In this document: one piece after another, positions 12,101 to 24,214 of the stretch
Numbering within the stretch: position 1 is the first letter of the stretch
Layout of the letters: the number at the start of each line of letters is the position of its first letter
From: Isurus oxyrinchus
Taxonomy: Eukaryota
NCBI GenBank assembly: GCA_026770705.1
Contig: JANJGN010000026.1
Span: forward strand, 35,340,001-35,404,000
Reading direction: 5' to 3'
Length of the DNA stretch: 64,000 nt
Notes under the pieces: model-generated
Database searches by the model: none
Told to the model about the DNA's origin: nothing
What the model saw: only the letters and a program-made list of their open reading frames with translations
Translations under genes and position numbers: made by a program

Positions 12101-14952
12101 TGCGGTTACAGGGCACAGATCGGCACGCTCCATACTTCAGCCGTTCAAACGTCAGAATTCACCTGGGAGTGAAGACAAATGTTAGAGATAAAATTCGTTT
12201 TTCCTGTACCTCAGAGTGAGAGAGGTTCCAAGCAAAATTAAAACCATGCCGGATTTTTACTTCAATCATTGTGCATTGTCCCAAAGAAGAATTTCAGCGA
12301 CAATATTTTGTTTGCCTCCTTTGGGGTATTGAATTGCCTTTTGGTCAATGGGCGTGAAGAGTGGGAGAAGAACTACGGATGTGATTCTGGTTACACATAG
12401 GGGTGCAGATTAAAGGCTTTTAACTATTTTAAACAACGATTGCTCTGGGTCCGAAATTCAGCCCCGCTTCTTCATTGGTGTCACAGGGCCTGATAATTAT
12501 CGCTCCCATTTTGAGGCTCTCTAAAGGCAAGTGGTATTCATGAAAATCGCCTCATCTTTATTTTATTAATCCAAATTATATCACCTTGGACACCAGCAAT
12601 TTGTTGATTTGATTAATGCCATCGGAATGTTAAAGTATGTCATGCATCCACGCTTACAGGTAGCATAGCCACCGGGATCTGAGATACATAATCCAATCCA
12701 GGGGGGTGCTCAGCACTGAGTACCAAAAATATACTGAAAGTTATCTGGTTTACATATCCAGATTGACGATGTGTGATGACCTGGGAGGTGATCATTGTCG
12801 TGCTATATATACGTGGTCATTTGCTCTTACAGCTGCAGATTTACATATGGCACCACGTGCGCTCCATTCTCGCTGTGGTGTGATTGATGTCTTTCCGGAA
12901 GATCAGACAAGTTTGTATACAAGAACACCAGCGATAGAAGCAGCAGAAGACCATGCAGCACGCCGAGCCAGCTCCTCCGTTAAATTAAATCATGGCTGAT
13001 CCTGGTCTTCAATCCACTTTCCGCTGGGTCCACATATCATTTGATTCCCAGAGACGCCAACAATCTGTCTATCCAAGTCTGAAATCTTCTCAACAATGAA
13101 ATATCCACAGACCTCTGGGTATAGAATTCCAGAAATGCACAAACTTTTGAGTGAAGAAATTTCAGCTGATCTCCATTCGAAATGATCACTGTCTTATCCC
13201 GGGACTGTTCCCGGAGGCTTTAGATCTTCCAGTCAGCGGGAAAACCCTCCGCATGTCTATCCCGTCAAGCCCCTTGAGAATAGTGCATGTTTCCATGAGA
13301 TTACCTCCCATTCTTCTAAATCCCTGAAAATATAAGCCGAAGTTATTTTGCCTTTCATCGTCGGGCAATAAACATCACGCCTCCGCAGAATGGGAACTGT
13401 AGAAACGTAGACATGTCGCCTCCAAACTAGCAGTATTTCAGATATAAATCGTTTGGTGCTTCTCCAATTGCATATACCCGACACATCCTGCTTCCTAAAC
13501 ATCCTCCCGTGGAATCCTAACGAGCCACTTTAAACAATGTCACAGTGTACCTTTCAACAACAGAAAGATAATTAATATGTTTACTGTATTTAGAGGAAAT
13601 GCCCTGTAACATGATGCAATATCCAAAAGCTGAGTGCCAAATATTACAAGTAACCTCGAGGCCTTCAGCTGTTATGTCCTAAGCTCTCTTAAATTCACTC
13701 CCTAAAACACTCTGCCTCTCTACTGCACTCTCTTCCTTAAATCGTCCCTTAAACCTATATCATTCTCATTCTTTTTCGTCATTTGGCATAATATCTCCTT
13801 ATGCGGTTGGATATTAGATTTTGCTGTATCACTCTCCTGTGACACGCTTGGGCCACGTTTTTACGTTAAAGGCGCTACATAAATGCAGCCTATCCTTGTT
13901 GTTTATGTTGAAACAGAGATGACATTGGAAAGCTATTAATAATTAATTTGGTTGTCTTCTATAAACGAGGATGAAGTATCAGAAGCCTGTAACATTCACA
14001 TCCCTGCTTGAACTTTACAATGTTAATTTTGTTATTCCTCTCAGTTAACTTGGTGGCGATTGTGATCCTATCCCGAGGAAGGTGTGGTCTCTCCAAATGC
14101 ATCACTCGGTACCTGGTGTCCATGGCAGTGACGGATCTCCTAGTTGTTGTGAGCGCTGTGATATTCAATCGGATCATTGGCATTTATGTTCCCGTTAGTT
14201 TTATGTCCATGACTCCAGCCTGCACTCTCAGTACTGTGCTAATCTACGCAGCCACAGAGAGTTCTGTTTGGTTAACCGTCGCTTTCACCTTTGACCGATA
14301 CATAGCCATTTGTTTCCAGAAGGTGAAAACAAATTATTGCACTGAGAGAGTGGCAGCTGTGGTTATAGGAACTGTCTGCCTGTTAAGCTGTTTAAAAAGT
14401 GTTCCCTGGTACTTTATGTATGAACCACTCTATATAATGAACAATGTATCGTGGTTTTGTAATGTAAAATCAAGCTTCTACACTTCACTCGCATGGACAG
14501 CCTATGATTGGTTTGCACGTGTTTTAAATCCGGTCTTGCCATTCCTCCTGATTCTGTTGTTCAATGCTCTGACCGTCAGGCACATCCTCGAGGCCAGTCG
14601 AGCCCGCAGGAGACTCCGGACTCACCACAGTGGAGAGAAGCAGAGTGATCCAGAGATGAAGAACCGGAGAAAGTCAATCGTTTTACTCTTTACCATCTCG
14701 GCAAGCTTCATTTTGTTGTGGATGACGTACGTTGTAGATTTCCTGTATATGAAAATTACAAACGAACCTTATTTCACAGGTTCCAATTTCAATGACCCCA
14801 AATTCATTCGCCAAGAAAGTGGAAACATGCTTCAGCTCTTGAGCTGCTGCACCAACACGTGTATTTATGCAGTGACCCAGAGAAAATTCAGAGAGGAGCT
14901 GAAAAATGCAGCAAAATATCCTTGGAATCTAATTGTGAATTTAGTAAACTAG
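9171..14952 (+). CDS. GPR139: GPR139-like class A orphan GPCR, two coding exons (9171-9240, 14045-14952), about 325 aa
   Basis: Exon 1 MHGRISGVVYAIYYPILAAIGVP-G|gtaagt splices in phase to ctcag|tt-NLVAIVILSRGRCGLSKC. Seven hydrophobic segments, AVTDLL (TM2), FTFDRYIAIC (TM3), CTNTCIY (NPxxY variant). The two-exon layout and TM1 motif match the GPR139/GPR142 group. It is probably a lineage-expanded paralog rather than the 1:1 ortholog. Confidence 0.85.
12960..13360 (-). mobile_element. CR1-clade LINE 3' fragment in the GPCR intron
   Basis: Minus-strand ORF 13186-13368: FGLYFQGFRRMGGNLMETCTILKGLDG. Confidence 0.7.
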
Positions 14953-15899
14953 GAAAGTCACAGGCCTGAGTTTTGGATAATCTCAAAATGTATATTTTTA
15001 TCTCTGCGTTTTTCTCCCTGACATGTGGGGTGAAATTGGTCTTGCACAGCCGTGCAAAACGGCTCTAAACAACCTGCCACCAGTTTGCATCCTGCTTCAC
15101 TGACGTGTCAAGTGAAGAAAATCGGACTGGATGTAAAATCCACAGCCAGTTTGTGATCGCCAGGCTTGTGTGACCAGCCCCTCCAATCATGTCCCGCCCT
15201 CCTTTAGAGGTTTCTCCTTAAGAACATAAGAAATGGGAATAGGGAGGGCCAAGCAATTCCTCCAGCCTGCACTTCATTTAATACAATCGTGACCGAACTT
15301 CGATATCAAAGCCACGATTCTGCTCTGTCCCTTTATCCACTGACTCCCTTAGTGCCCCAAAATCCATCAGCTTCAAACTTGAATATGCTCAGCAATTGAA
15401 TGCCCACAGTCTGCTAGCATAGAGAGTCCAAAAATTGGTAACTCTTAAATTTCTCATCATCCAAGACCCACATTCCTTATCCTGAAACTATGACCCTTAG
15501 TTACCCACTATCTAGATGAAGAAACATCTTCTCGGTGTCTGCTTGTAGAGTTCCCAAAGAAATTGAAACATTTCGATGAGATCACTTCTCATGCTCCGAA
15601 ACTCTGAGACTAGAGGCCCATTCTACTCAATCTTCACCCTGTCTCTCTGGCACAAAACAGATCTGTCCCAGTTCCTTCCTCCGGATACCGAAGGATAGCG
15701 TAAAGTGACCTGGTGGATTTGCAAGTCAGTAAAGGTCACAATTGAACACCTGAAATTGCAATGCATTACTTGGTGATGCACATTTACATGGGCCATTAAG
15801 GTATTTCAAACAAATGTGCTAACAGCTGTAAGGAATCATTTACACACCAATATTAAACCTTCAAGAAGAAAATTCACCATCGGCAGATCTGTCTTCCTG

Positions 15900-16900
15900 T
15901 GTATATTCCAAGTTCTCTTTACGGGAACATATTTGCCTTGTACTCCGGCTATTCCCCCATTGGATTCCCAATGCTCTGACACAGTTTTCCCTGCTCATAG
16001 CTGCTTCCAGTCCACTTGGGCGAAATCATATCTCATCTTAGTAAAGTCAGCCTTTCTCCAGTTTAGAACTTTTATTCCTGGCCCAACCTTATACTTTTCC
16101 ATATATATCCTAAATCTAACTGAGCAATGGTCACTATTCCCAAAATGCTCCCCTACTGATACGCTTTCCACCTGCCTGGGCTCACTTCCGAACATTAGGT
16201 CCAGAACTGCCCCTTTCCTTGTTAGGTTTTTTACATACTGCCTAAAAAATGTTCTCCTGGATGCAACTTAAGAATTTTGCTCCCTCCCTAACTTGCAGAC
16301 GAAAACTCTCCCAGTTAAAATTTGGGTAGTAAAAATCCTCTACTATTGCTGTCTTACTATTCTTACACAGCTCTGAAATTTGATTAAATATTTGATCCTC
16401 TATGTCTCCCTAACTATTTGGGGGCCTATAGTACACACCCAACAGCGTGTTTGCCCCTTTTGTGTTTTTTCAGTTTTGCCCATTTGGCCTCATTTGATGA
16501 TCCTTCAAGGATATTATCTCTCTTCATTGTTATAATTCATTTCTTGATCAGTATTGCGGCCCACCATTCTCTTCTATCCCCCTCTTGATCTTGTCTGAAT
16601 ACCCTATAACCAGGAATGTTGAGCTGCCAATCCTCCACTTCTTTTAGCCAAGTGTCGGTCATAACTATGATATCATATTGCCAGGTGTCTGTCTATGCCC
16701 TCAGCTCGTCTGTCTTATTCCTCAGGCTCCCTGCATTAAAATATATTCAATTTAGCCTGGCTAAACTCTCTTCTTTCTTATCTAGCCTATGATCTCTCTG
16801 CCTTCCAGACTCACTTACTAGCATTTTAACTTCTAATTCCATCTCAGCTTCTCTCCCCGTTGAACTACGTTTCAGGATCCCATCACCCTGCCAATTTAGT
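15900..16900 (-). mobile_element. CR1-clade LINE ORF2 endonuclease-region fragment
   Basis: Minus-strand ORF 15995-16195: VGEHFGNSDHCSVRF...VLNWRKADF (APE endonuclease SDH motif). Confidence 0.8.
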
Positions 16901-17199
16901 TTAAATCCAATTCAATTTAAATGAATTCATCGCTACATTGAGAGTCACAGAGCCATTCCTGAAAGATCACAACAAAACATGACACTCAACAACAAGAGGT
17001 TAGGAACCTTGCCAGAATTATATTATTTGATTTCAATTTGCACTTATAATATAACCGACCATTATAAGTTTATTTACTTCAATTTACATAATGTATTTTA
17101 CGGCAGTTTCTGAGCCTGACTGTAATATTGATCAACCTTTCCCCACATCCCCTGTCAGTGTCCTACATACTTTGGCTGCAGCCTGTTCACGGACTTCAT

Positions 17200-17950
17200 T
17201 TAGAACCATAGAACCATAGGAAAGTTACAACAGAGGAGCACATTCGGCCCCTCTTGTCCATTCCAGCCCGAGGACACCCAGGTGCCCTTTCTAATCCCAT
17301 CTTCCTGCACCAGACCCATACCGCTGCAGCTTACAGCACTAATGGTGCAGATCCAGGTATTTTTAAAAAGAGTTTAGACTTTCTGCCTCTACCACCAACT
17401 TGGGCAGCGAATTCCAGACACCCACTACCATCTGCCTAAAAAAGTTCTTCCTCATGCCCCCCTACATCCTCTGCCACTTATCTTGAATCTATGTTCCCTG
17501 GTTCTAGAATTCTCCACCAAGGGAAACAATTTTATCCTGTCCACTCTATCTATTCCCCTCATAATTTTGTACATCTCAATGAAGTCACCTCTCAGCCTTC
17601 TTTGTTCTAAGGAAAATAACCCCAAACTATCCAATCTCTCCTCGTACATACACTTTTTCAACCATGGCAACATTCTTGTAAACTTCCTCTGCACTGTCTC
17701 CAGATCTATTAGGTCCTTTCTGTAATGTGGTAACCAAAACTGCACACAATACTCCAGTTGTGGCCTCACCAGTGTTTTATACAATTCCAACATTATATCC
17801 TTCCCTTTATATTCTATACCTCTGCGAATGAACGAGAGCATTCCATATGCTTTCTTTACAACCTTGTCTGCTTGAATGCTGCCTTCAGAGACCTGTGTGC
17901 TTGTACGCCAATATCTCTCGCTTCATCTACCCCTCTCAGTATATTCCCAT
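17200..17950 (-). mobile_element. CR1-clade LINE 3' end (RT C-terminus, 3'UTR, short tandem tail)
   Basis: ORF 17452-17841 LYKTLVRPQLEYCVQFW.PHYRKD...LFSLEQRRLRGD; tail (tagaacca)n at about 17200. Absent from the paralogous block at about 43750, so it inserted after the duplication. Confidence 0.88.
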
Positions 17951-18609
17951 TTAAGCAGGGCGTGTTGCTGAGTTAGAGAGTATTTATACAAAATGAACAG
18001 ATTTCACAAGACAGTGCCTGTGATCTTTAAAGCAAACCCCAGATATAGATGATCTTTAGAATATTTCCTTAATGCTGGAATGTTTTCTGTCACCATTAAC
18101 AATCCAGAGTTTGCTGGCGACAACGAACAGCCGAGGATTACACCCTGCTCCCCACGCCCTCCCCCCCAGCCCCATCTCCACAAGTGCAGCCATTCCTGTA
18201 TTAGGCCACTGACTGTAGTCCAGCTCGCGGTGTTTCCAGTCAGTGTCAGTCACCTCACGACCGATGGATCGCCCAGGCCCGCGGAGACACAAAGTGAAGA
18301 GAGAGCATCCTGAGACACGACAGCAAATTATTGGGGGTGGGGATTAGAACGCGCGTCTTCGAATCTGATTCTGTGATGGTCTCTAGGTCGAATCGGATTC
18401 TACAGTTTGTGTTCCAGCCGCTCCTGGAAATAGTTGATGACAGTTTGATCCGAAGTTAATTTAGTTCCCTCTCGGTGTGTGCTTGAGCTGCTGACAGCGT
18501 GGGTGCGCCTTGCAGCTGCGATTCTACACAAGCCCCAACAGACTGAAACTCCTTTTCACAGCGAAAAAGCAGTTTTTGTACAGGGGTGAGACTGTTTTCC
18601 ATCACCGTG

Positions 18610-19084
18610 AGTCTATGGGAGCAGTAATACACGGCAGCGTTAGTCAGCCGCAGACCCGAGATGATCAAGCTGGTGAATTTGCTCGCGGTTTGGAGCTTGA
18701 CTGAGAAACGGCTTTTGGCAAAATCAGCTTTATCTTCAGCACCGGCCGAGTGTTTCCACAATATAAACTCGGGCTGCGAATCCGGGTGTTTCCGGTGCCA
18801 GTATAAATAATAGCCGCTCATTGTAGTGTCATAGGTACAGCTTAAAGTCACCGCATCTCCTTCTGTGTTTACACCTGAGGACAACAGCTGAGTGACAGAA
18901 TCTCCATGACTCAGATCTGAAAAACATGTTCAAGCTGAAAAAGATCAGGTCGAGGACTGGTTAAACGTGTTAAAATTCACGTTTAAATAATTCTTGAAAA
19001 ATGAGAGAAAATATAAAATACGTGTGGTCCACAATTATCTGTCAGAAATGGTCCCCAAACAACCCAGATGCGGAGTAGCCGCAT
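18610..19084 (-). pseudogene. TCR alpha/delta V (family A); V exon 18610-18916 open, but leader (19039-19084) donor mutated GT>AT
   Basis: LSHGDSVTQ...VTLSCTYDTTMSGYYLYWHRKH...AAVYYCSHR. RSS cacggtg/23/acaaaaact at 18571-18609. Leader MRLLRIWVVWGPFLT is followed by ataatt where paralogs have gtaaa. Confidence 0.85.
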
Positions 19085-20579
19085 TGTCGCTGTCCGCTCT
19101 GTAAAAGGGGAGTTGGTTATTTGAAGATACCCGTTCTAAACCCCAGCCTTAATAATCTGCTGTCCTGTCTCAGGATGTTCTCATCTCAGTACCTGTGCCC
19201 CCAGTGGTGATGTCTGGACGCCAGTTGGTGAGCTGGCTCCCAATGCATTGAAACATCCCGAACTGGGCTACAGTCAGTGTTCTTATAGGCAAAATGGTTT
19301 CGCAGTTAGACACGTGAGGCAGGAGACTGAAACCCTTGTTTAGTTACTGTAACCGGGAACATAAAGTTGCTGATAGTGTTTGTTATTCTGGTGTGAATCC
19401 TTCAGCTCCAGTTCCAGTAGTCTTAACAACAGGACACAGGTAACCGTGACTCCAGTGAGGTTTCCCTCCTCAATCAATAAAATAGTGAACTAACAGTCAT
19501 TTCGCATTTTTCCAGAGTGGTTTTTAGATTCGTTATGTTGAAAGATGATATCTGCTGTTACTGAACATACAACTGAGTAAAATAAATAATAAACTCTGGC
19601 TGTAATTTAATCAATGTTACCAGAACTGCCCTCTTTTTTAAAGTTTGCATTTAAAATTCTGTTTCAGTTTGTTCTATTGAATTCTGACATCAGTTGTGTC
19701 CGTGATGATTAATCTAAGCATCCATAATCTACAAAATTAGAGGATTAGAATTTGTGACGAGAGAGAATTTGGGGTCCGCCGCATCTGTGCTTTTTTTTGC
19801 AATTTGCCTCTCATCAGTTTGAAGTGTTTGGGAACAGAGCGCAGCGAGCGGGTTCAAAGCCTCCAGAATGAAGTGTCGAGCGCGTTTTCATGAACAAGAA
19901 CACAACACCAGCAGGACTGTTTTTACAACTTTAGCAGGGTTAGGAAAAAGCAGTGGAGCAGAAAAAGAAATAAACCACATAAGTTTTTAGTTTGTCTTGC
20001 GTTCCTTTAACACCCATTTCCACCATTGGTGCGGTTAGAATTATTGCGATCGGACGCCCTCTTTTGGGCGCTCTGAGAAATTTTCGGGCGCCGTTCATCA
20101 GGTTACAAGAGATTCTATGTTTCAGCACTGACCTGATGTGACAATTCATTGTCGTATTGTTCGTTTGAGCGGTCCCGACTTAATATTCTGAGCAGAAGCA
20201 AAGGTTTTATATAATTAAACTAAAGGCTGCAACAAGGATGGGGGAAGTGTTCTGAGTAAAAAGTGAAGACAAGCCATGAAAGGCAAGGGAAAGGCAAAAT
20301 ACATTAAAAGGCAAAAGGCCAGTTCAGGTTCGACAGGTGTATCTGTAAATTTTATTTTTATTATAGGTGTGAGCTTTTGAAATAATTTTACAAGTGGAAC
20401 TCGCCTGTTCTTGTTCAGTGTTGTGCTTCATTTCAGTTTTTAAAAATCCCTGTGAATCTCACGTGGTGGCTGATTTAGTGCATTCGTTTTATTGGTGCGG
20501 CAGCGCCCTCTACTGACTCTAACCGGAACTCCCAGTGTGGGTTTTTGTACAGTATCCGCTGTACCTCTGCAGCACTGTG

Positions 20580-21036
20580 GGGCTCATGGCACAGAAATAC
20601 ATGGCGGTGTCGGAGAACAGGGCATTGCTAGTCGTTAACTCAGTAGCTTTGGCAGCTTTACTAAACGTAGAAGAGAATTGGTCTGTAAAGTTTGGCTTCC
20701 ACTTTGCTATCCCCCCACAGAGGTAAATCACAAACTGTGGGGTCTGCCCGGCTGCTGACTGTAACACTGGGCTAGGATCGCTTGTTTTCAAGCTGCAGTT
20801 TATGGCGTCATTCCTTTCCTCTTTAACTGTCATTTCAGGTACCGACTGCTCCACTGAATCGTCATGACTCCATTCTGACATAGACAATGACGATATTTAA
20901 CATTGCATCATCAGGACAAGCATTTTGCCATAAATAATGCTTGCGATACAGCAGCCAGGGGGAGAATTACTTTGTACTGGGAAATATACTTACTGAGAAG
21001 TGACATAATAACGAATGTTCTGAGATAGTCCCACAT
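20580..21036 (-). pseudogene. TCR V (family B); leader 20994-21036, V exon 20580-20874; conserved Trp region deleted
   Basis: WSHDDSVEQSVPEMTVKEE...INCSLKTSDPSP, no WY motif, ...SDTAMYFCAMSP. RSS cacagtg/24/acaaaaacc at 20540-20579. Confidence 0.85.
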
Positions 21037-21888
21037 GATGCTCCCTGCATCTGTTACTCTGTTGACCACGAATCCTCTGTCAGGGTAGAAATAGAGGTCT
21101 CCTCCCCACTGGACTCCTGATCCAACCAATGTCAAACAGGGAAAAGCGGCAACAATCTCTCCAATGAAACAGGGCAGCCAAGGCAGGTCAGAGCGAGAAC
21201 AGCAGAAGGAAGCTGTGCGCGGGGCTACTGCAGGCAGCGTTGTTACATGTCGGATTTATGTACAAGGAACTGAACTCAATAATAATCACAGCATCGAAAA
21301 TTATATAACTATTCCTCTCTGTAAGAACTGTAGCTTAATCTTCATTCCATATTGCTGGCCAGCAGGCTCGCAAAAGCAGAGTCAGAGTTAGTAAATTATT
21401 CAATAGTAAGCGTCATCTTCATCAGCGATGCGGATTGAAACCAGGACCGCATACATGAGCAACAGGTTTCGGAGTGGTTCTGAATTAACGTATAAGATAG
21501 TAGAAAAAGCTTTAAACGTTTATATTAGTGAGGGAAAAAGGAAATGTATGCAGTTTTCAGAAAAGACTGAAGACACGAATGATAAGAAACATTTAGGAAG
21601 GGAAAGGTGTCGAAAACCAAAAAGGGGAAATAAGGCATCGCAGACCGATTTTTCAATCTCATATCTAATAAAAATACAACGTGCAATCACAAACCAGTAT
21701 GACTGTGCAAGTGGACCTCACCTGCTGCTGCTATTGAGTCCTGTGTTTTGTTGCAATTTTCAGAATCTCCCTGTTACTCTCACTGTGGAAACTGAATTAC
21801 CGGTGTGTGCGCGCCCTCTGGTGAACACATGGTGGTACTGCCAGTGAGGGTTTTTGTACGGGATCCGCTATATCTCTGCAGCAGTGTG

Positions 21889-22367
21889 GGCTCCATGGCA
21901 CAGAAATACACGGCGCTGTCGGGTGTCAATGTGTTACTGATCGTTAGCTCGGTAATCTTGTTATTTTTATTCAACGTGGAAGAAAACCGATCATTGAGGT
22001 GGGTGTCCCTTTGCACACTCTGGCCAATAAGACGAAACATGTACATTGGAGGTTTCCCGGGGCGCTGACTGTACCAGTGTGCATAAGGGTTAGAATCACT
22101 TGTTTTGAAGGTGCAAGTTAGTGTGACATTACTTTCCTCTTCAGCAGTTATTTCGTCAACCGGCTGCTCCACTGTGTCTTGATGACTCCATTCTAACAGA
22201 AATAATAATAAAAACGACAATCAATATCAATCAACACCATCATTATTATTTTACCAACAATAACATCTGGGTAGTAGCAGCTAGGAGGAGAATGGAGTTT
22301 TACTGGGAAGGAAACACTTACTGACAAGTGACATAATGATGAGGATAGGAGCTAGACTGTTCCCCAT
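21889..22367 (-). CDS. TCR alpha/delta V gene (family B), apparently functional; leader 22322-22367, V exon 21889-22192
   Basis: MGNSLAPILIIMSLV|KWSHQDTVEQPVDEITAEEESNVTLTC...YAHWYSQRPGKPP...DSAVYFCAMEP. Canonical splice sites. RSS cacactg/24/acaaaaacc at 21849-21888. Confidence 0.9.
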
Positions 22368-22869
22368 GATACTTCCTGAGTCAGTAACTCTGCAGAGCGA
22401 GAGGTCCTCTGTCGGAGCAGAAATACATATCCCCGTTCCACTGCACTGCTGATCCAGTCAATGACAGGAATGGACCAGCAGCAACAACCTCTCCAATAAC
22501 ACAATCAGGTCAGAGCGACAGCAGCAACCAGAAGCTGTGGGTGGTGATACTGTAGACTCAAAACTGAGTGAAATGTGCCGTGACTCTCAGCTGCACTCGG
22601 AACTCATGGAGCAGAAATAGTGACAGTTGAGTCCCCATAAGTCCCTGACCATCCTGCACCTGCTCACTGTTCAAGTGACTGAGAAAAATAGTGGGAGGGA
22701 CAGGAAAGGACTCGAATCATGGAATTTTAGAGCAAGCAACGGCTGATAGGAACAAGCGTCCTAGGATGTGGAGGATGTTGTGTGAGTTGGACGTGCTTTC
22801 GGCTAGACAGCTGAAGAAGAGGATTTACGGAGAACAATCCCGGTTTCTCTGAGGCCCTTACCCATGGTA

Positions 22870-23290
22870 CCATTCTGATGTATCGCTTTCACACTTCCTC
22901 CAAAGGCCTTACATTCATTTCTAATTCGTGATGCCCAGGATTGGACACTGTAATGGGGCGCCCCCTGGCAAAGCCAATATTTGCTGTCCAAGCCTAACTG
23001 TCCGAAAACTGCATACTTCTGAGTCAACTGCATTGCTATGAGTCTGGAGTCACATGTAGGCCAGATCAGATAAGGATCACAAATTTCCTTCCCTACATTC
23101 CTTACAACAACGGATGATAGTTTCATTGTCACTATTACTGAGATTGTTTTTATATTCCAGATTAATGAATTGAATTTAAATTCCTGCAGCTGCCATGGTG
23201 GGACTAGAACCCATGCTCCCAGAACACTTTCCTGGGCCTCTGAATTGTTAGACCAGTGATATTATTAATACTCCACTATGTCTCCACATT
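22870..23290 (-). mobile_element. LINE 3' fragment plus shark SINE (HE1-like)
   Basis: SINE core agtcacatgtaggccagatcagataagga...gtccagtga recurs at about 30020-30240 and, in the opposite orientation, at about 11050-11400 and 52400-52620. Confidence 0.6.
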
Positions 23291-23650
23291 TGTCATCACT
23301 TTCTGGCATTAGCATGAGAAACAATACTGACAGTGTTTAATCAAGTTAGACTTCTGAGAGATATTGTCTGACATTCGCGCTTTAACATGTAAATCAAGAA
23401 ATCTAGTCAATGACCCCATTCTAAACCGGACTGAACAGAATTCATCAGCAGCGGGCGCCAAGGGCATCGCAAATTCACGTGTCACCAACGGTAAAGCCAA
23501 TAGGGACGGTTTCCAGAGTGAGGTCACAATGGGCCTGGCCCCCTGCAGTATGTGTGTGGAACAATGAGCTGAATAGTTTGCGGGTGAGGGAACTCCTTCT
23601 CAACCTCTGACTCAGTCCATTCACATTCACTGACCGAGTTTCAATCAGAC

Positions 23651-24214
23651 ATGTTTCTGATAATACTAGCCACTCTCTGGGACAGTAAACACTCGATTTT
23701 GGTAATCAAGACACGTTAGCAGATTGATGCAATTGCAGCTTGTACAGGAGTTTAATGTTGTTTGCGATCCTATATTATGGTTATTATGGATAGTTGAGAG
23801 GTGGGAATTAATACAAATTCACACAGCTAGACACAGAATTAGATCGATCCTGTTTAATCTGCTGCTCTTTTGTTCCTCTTTCTATCACAGACGGACAATG
23901 TGCAGATCCAGTAACACAATATCCAATGGCAATAAACGTGTCAGAAGGGGTTTGGTGAAGTTATATTGCGAATACAAAACCATGGATATACACCATAGCA
24001 TCGGCAAAAAAAAAAAAAGCCTCCAAGCTGGATCATTAGCAAAGCAACAACACTAAAGTGATTCGAAATCTCAGGACGATATCTGGTGGCTGCTGACAAG
24101 TCTAAACAGTCCAGTTACCTCAATATTAACTGCCTGAGTGTGGTGGGCGGGCCGGTCAATTACTATGCAGTGAGGCATAGCGTCAGATAAGAGCCAAGAT
24201 CCCGTACAAAAACC
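23651..24214 (+). pseudogene. TCR V pseudogene (family C), paralog of 34914-35441
   Basis: Leader 23651-23684; exon from 23891 (CADPVTQ...). Frameshifts, a poly-A expansion and lost Trp/Cys. RSS catagcg/23/acaaaaacc at 24176-24214. Confidence 0.85.

Larger units (their letters stand above)
16940..22680 (+). repeat. Segmental duplication copy A (three-V block), paralogous to about 43495-48520
   Basis: Colinear similarity from agagtca...cattcctga.agatca through three minus-strand V genes and their intergenic DNA. Similarity resumes at 24455-24870 versus 48968-49380. Confidence 0.85.

Noticed and set aside
14008-14044. ORF-track N-terminus MNFTMLILLFLS of the GPCR
   Set aside because: This is intronic polypyrimidine tract before the acceptor ending at 14044. 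The real N-terminus is exon 1 at 9171-9240.
20535-22068. Plus-strand ORFs antisense to V exons (20535-20726, 21805-22068) and similar antisense ORFs elsewhere
   Set aside because: Shadow ORFs of V exons or LINE fragments with no independent protein signature.
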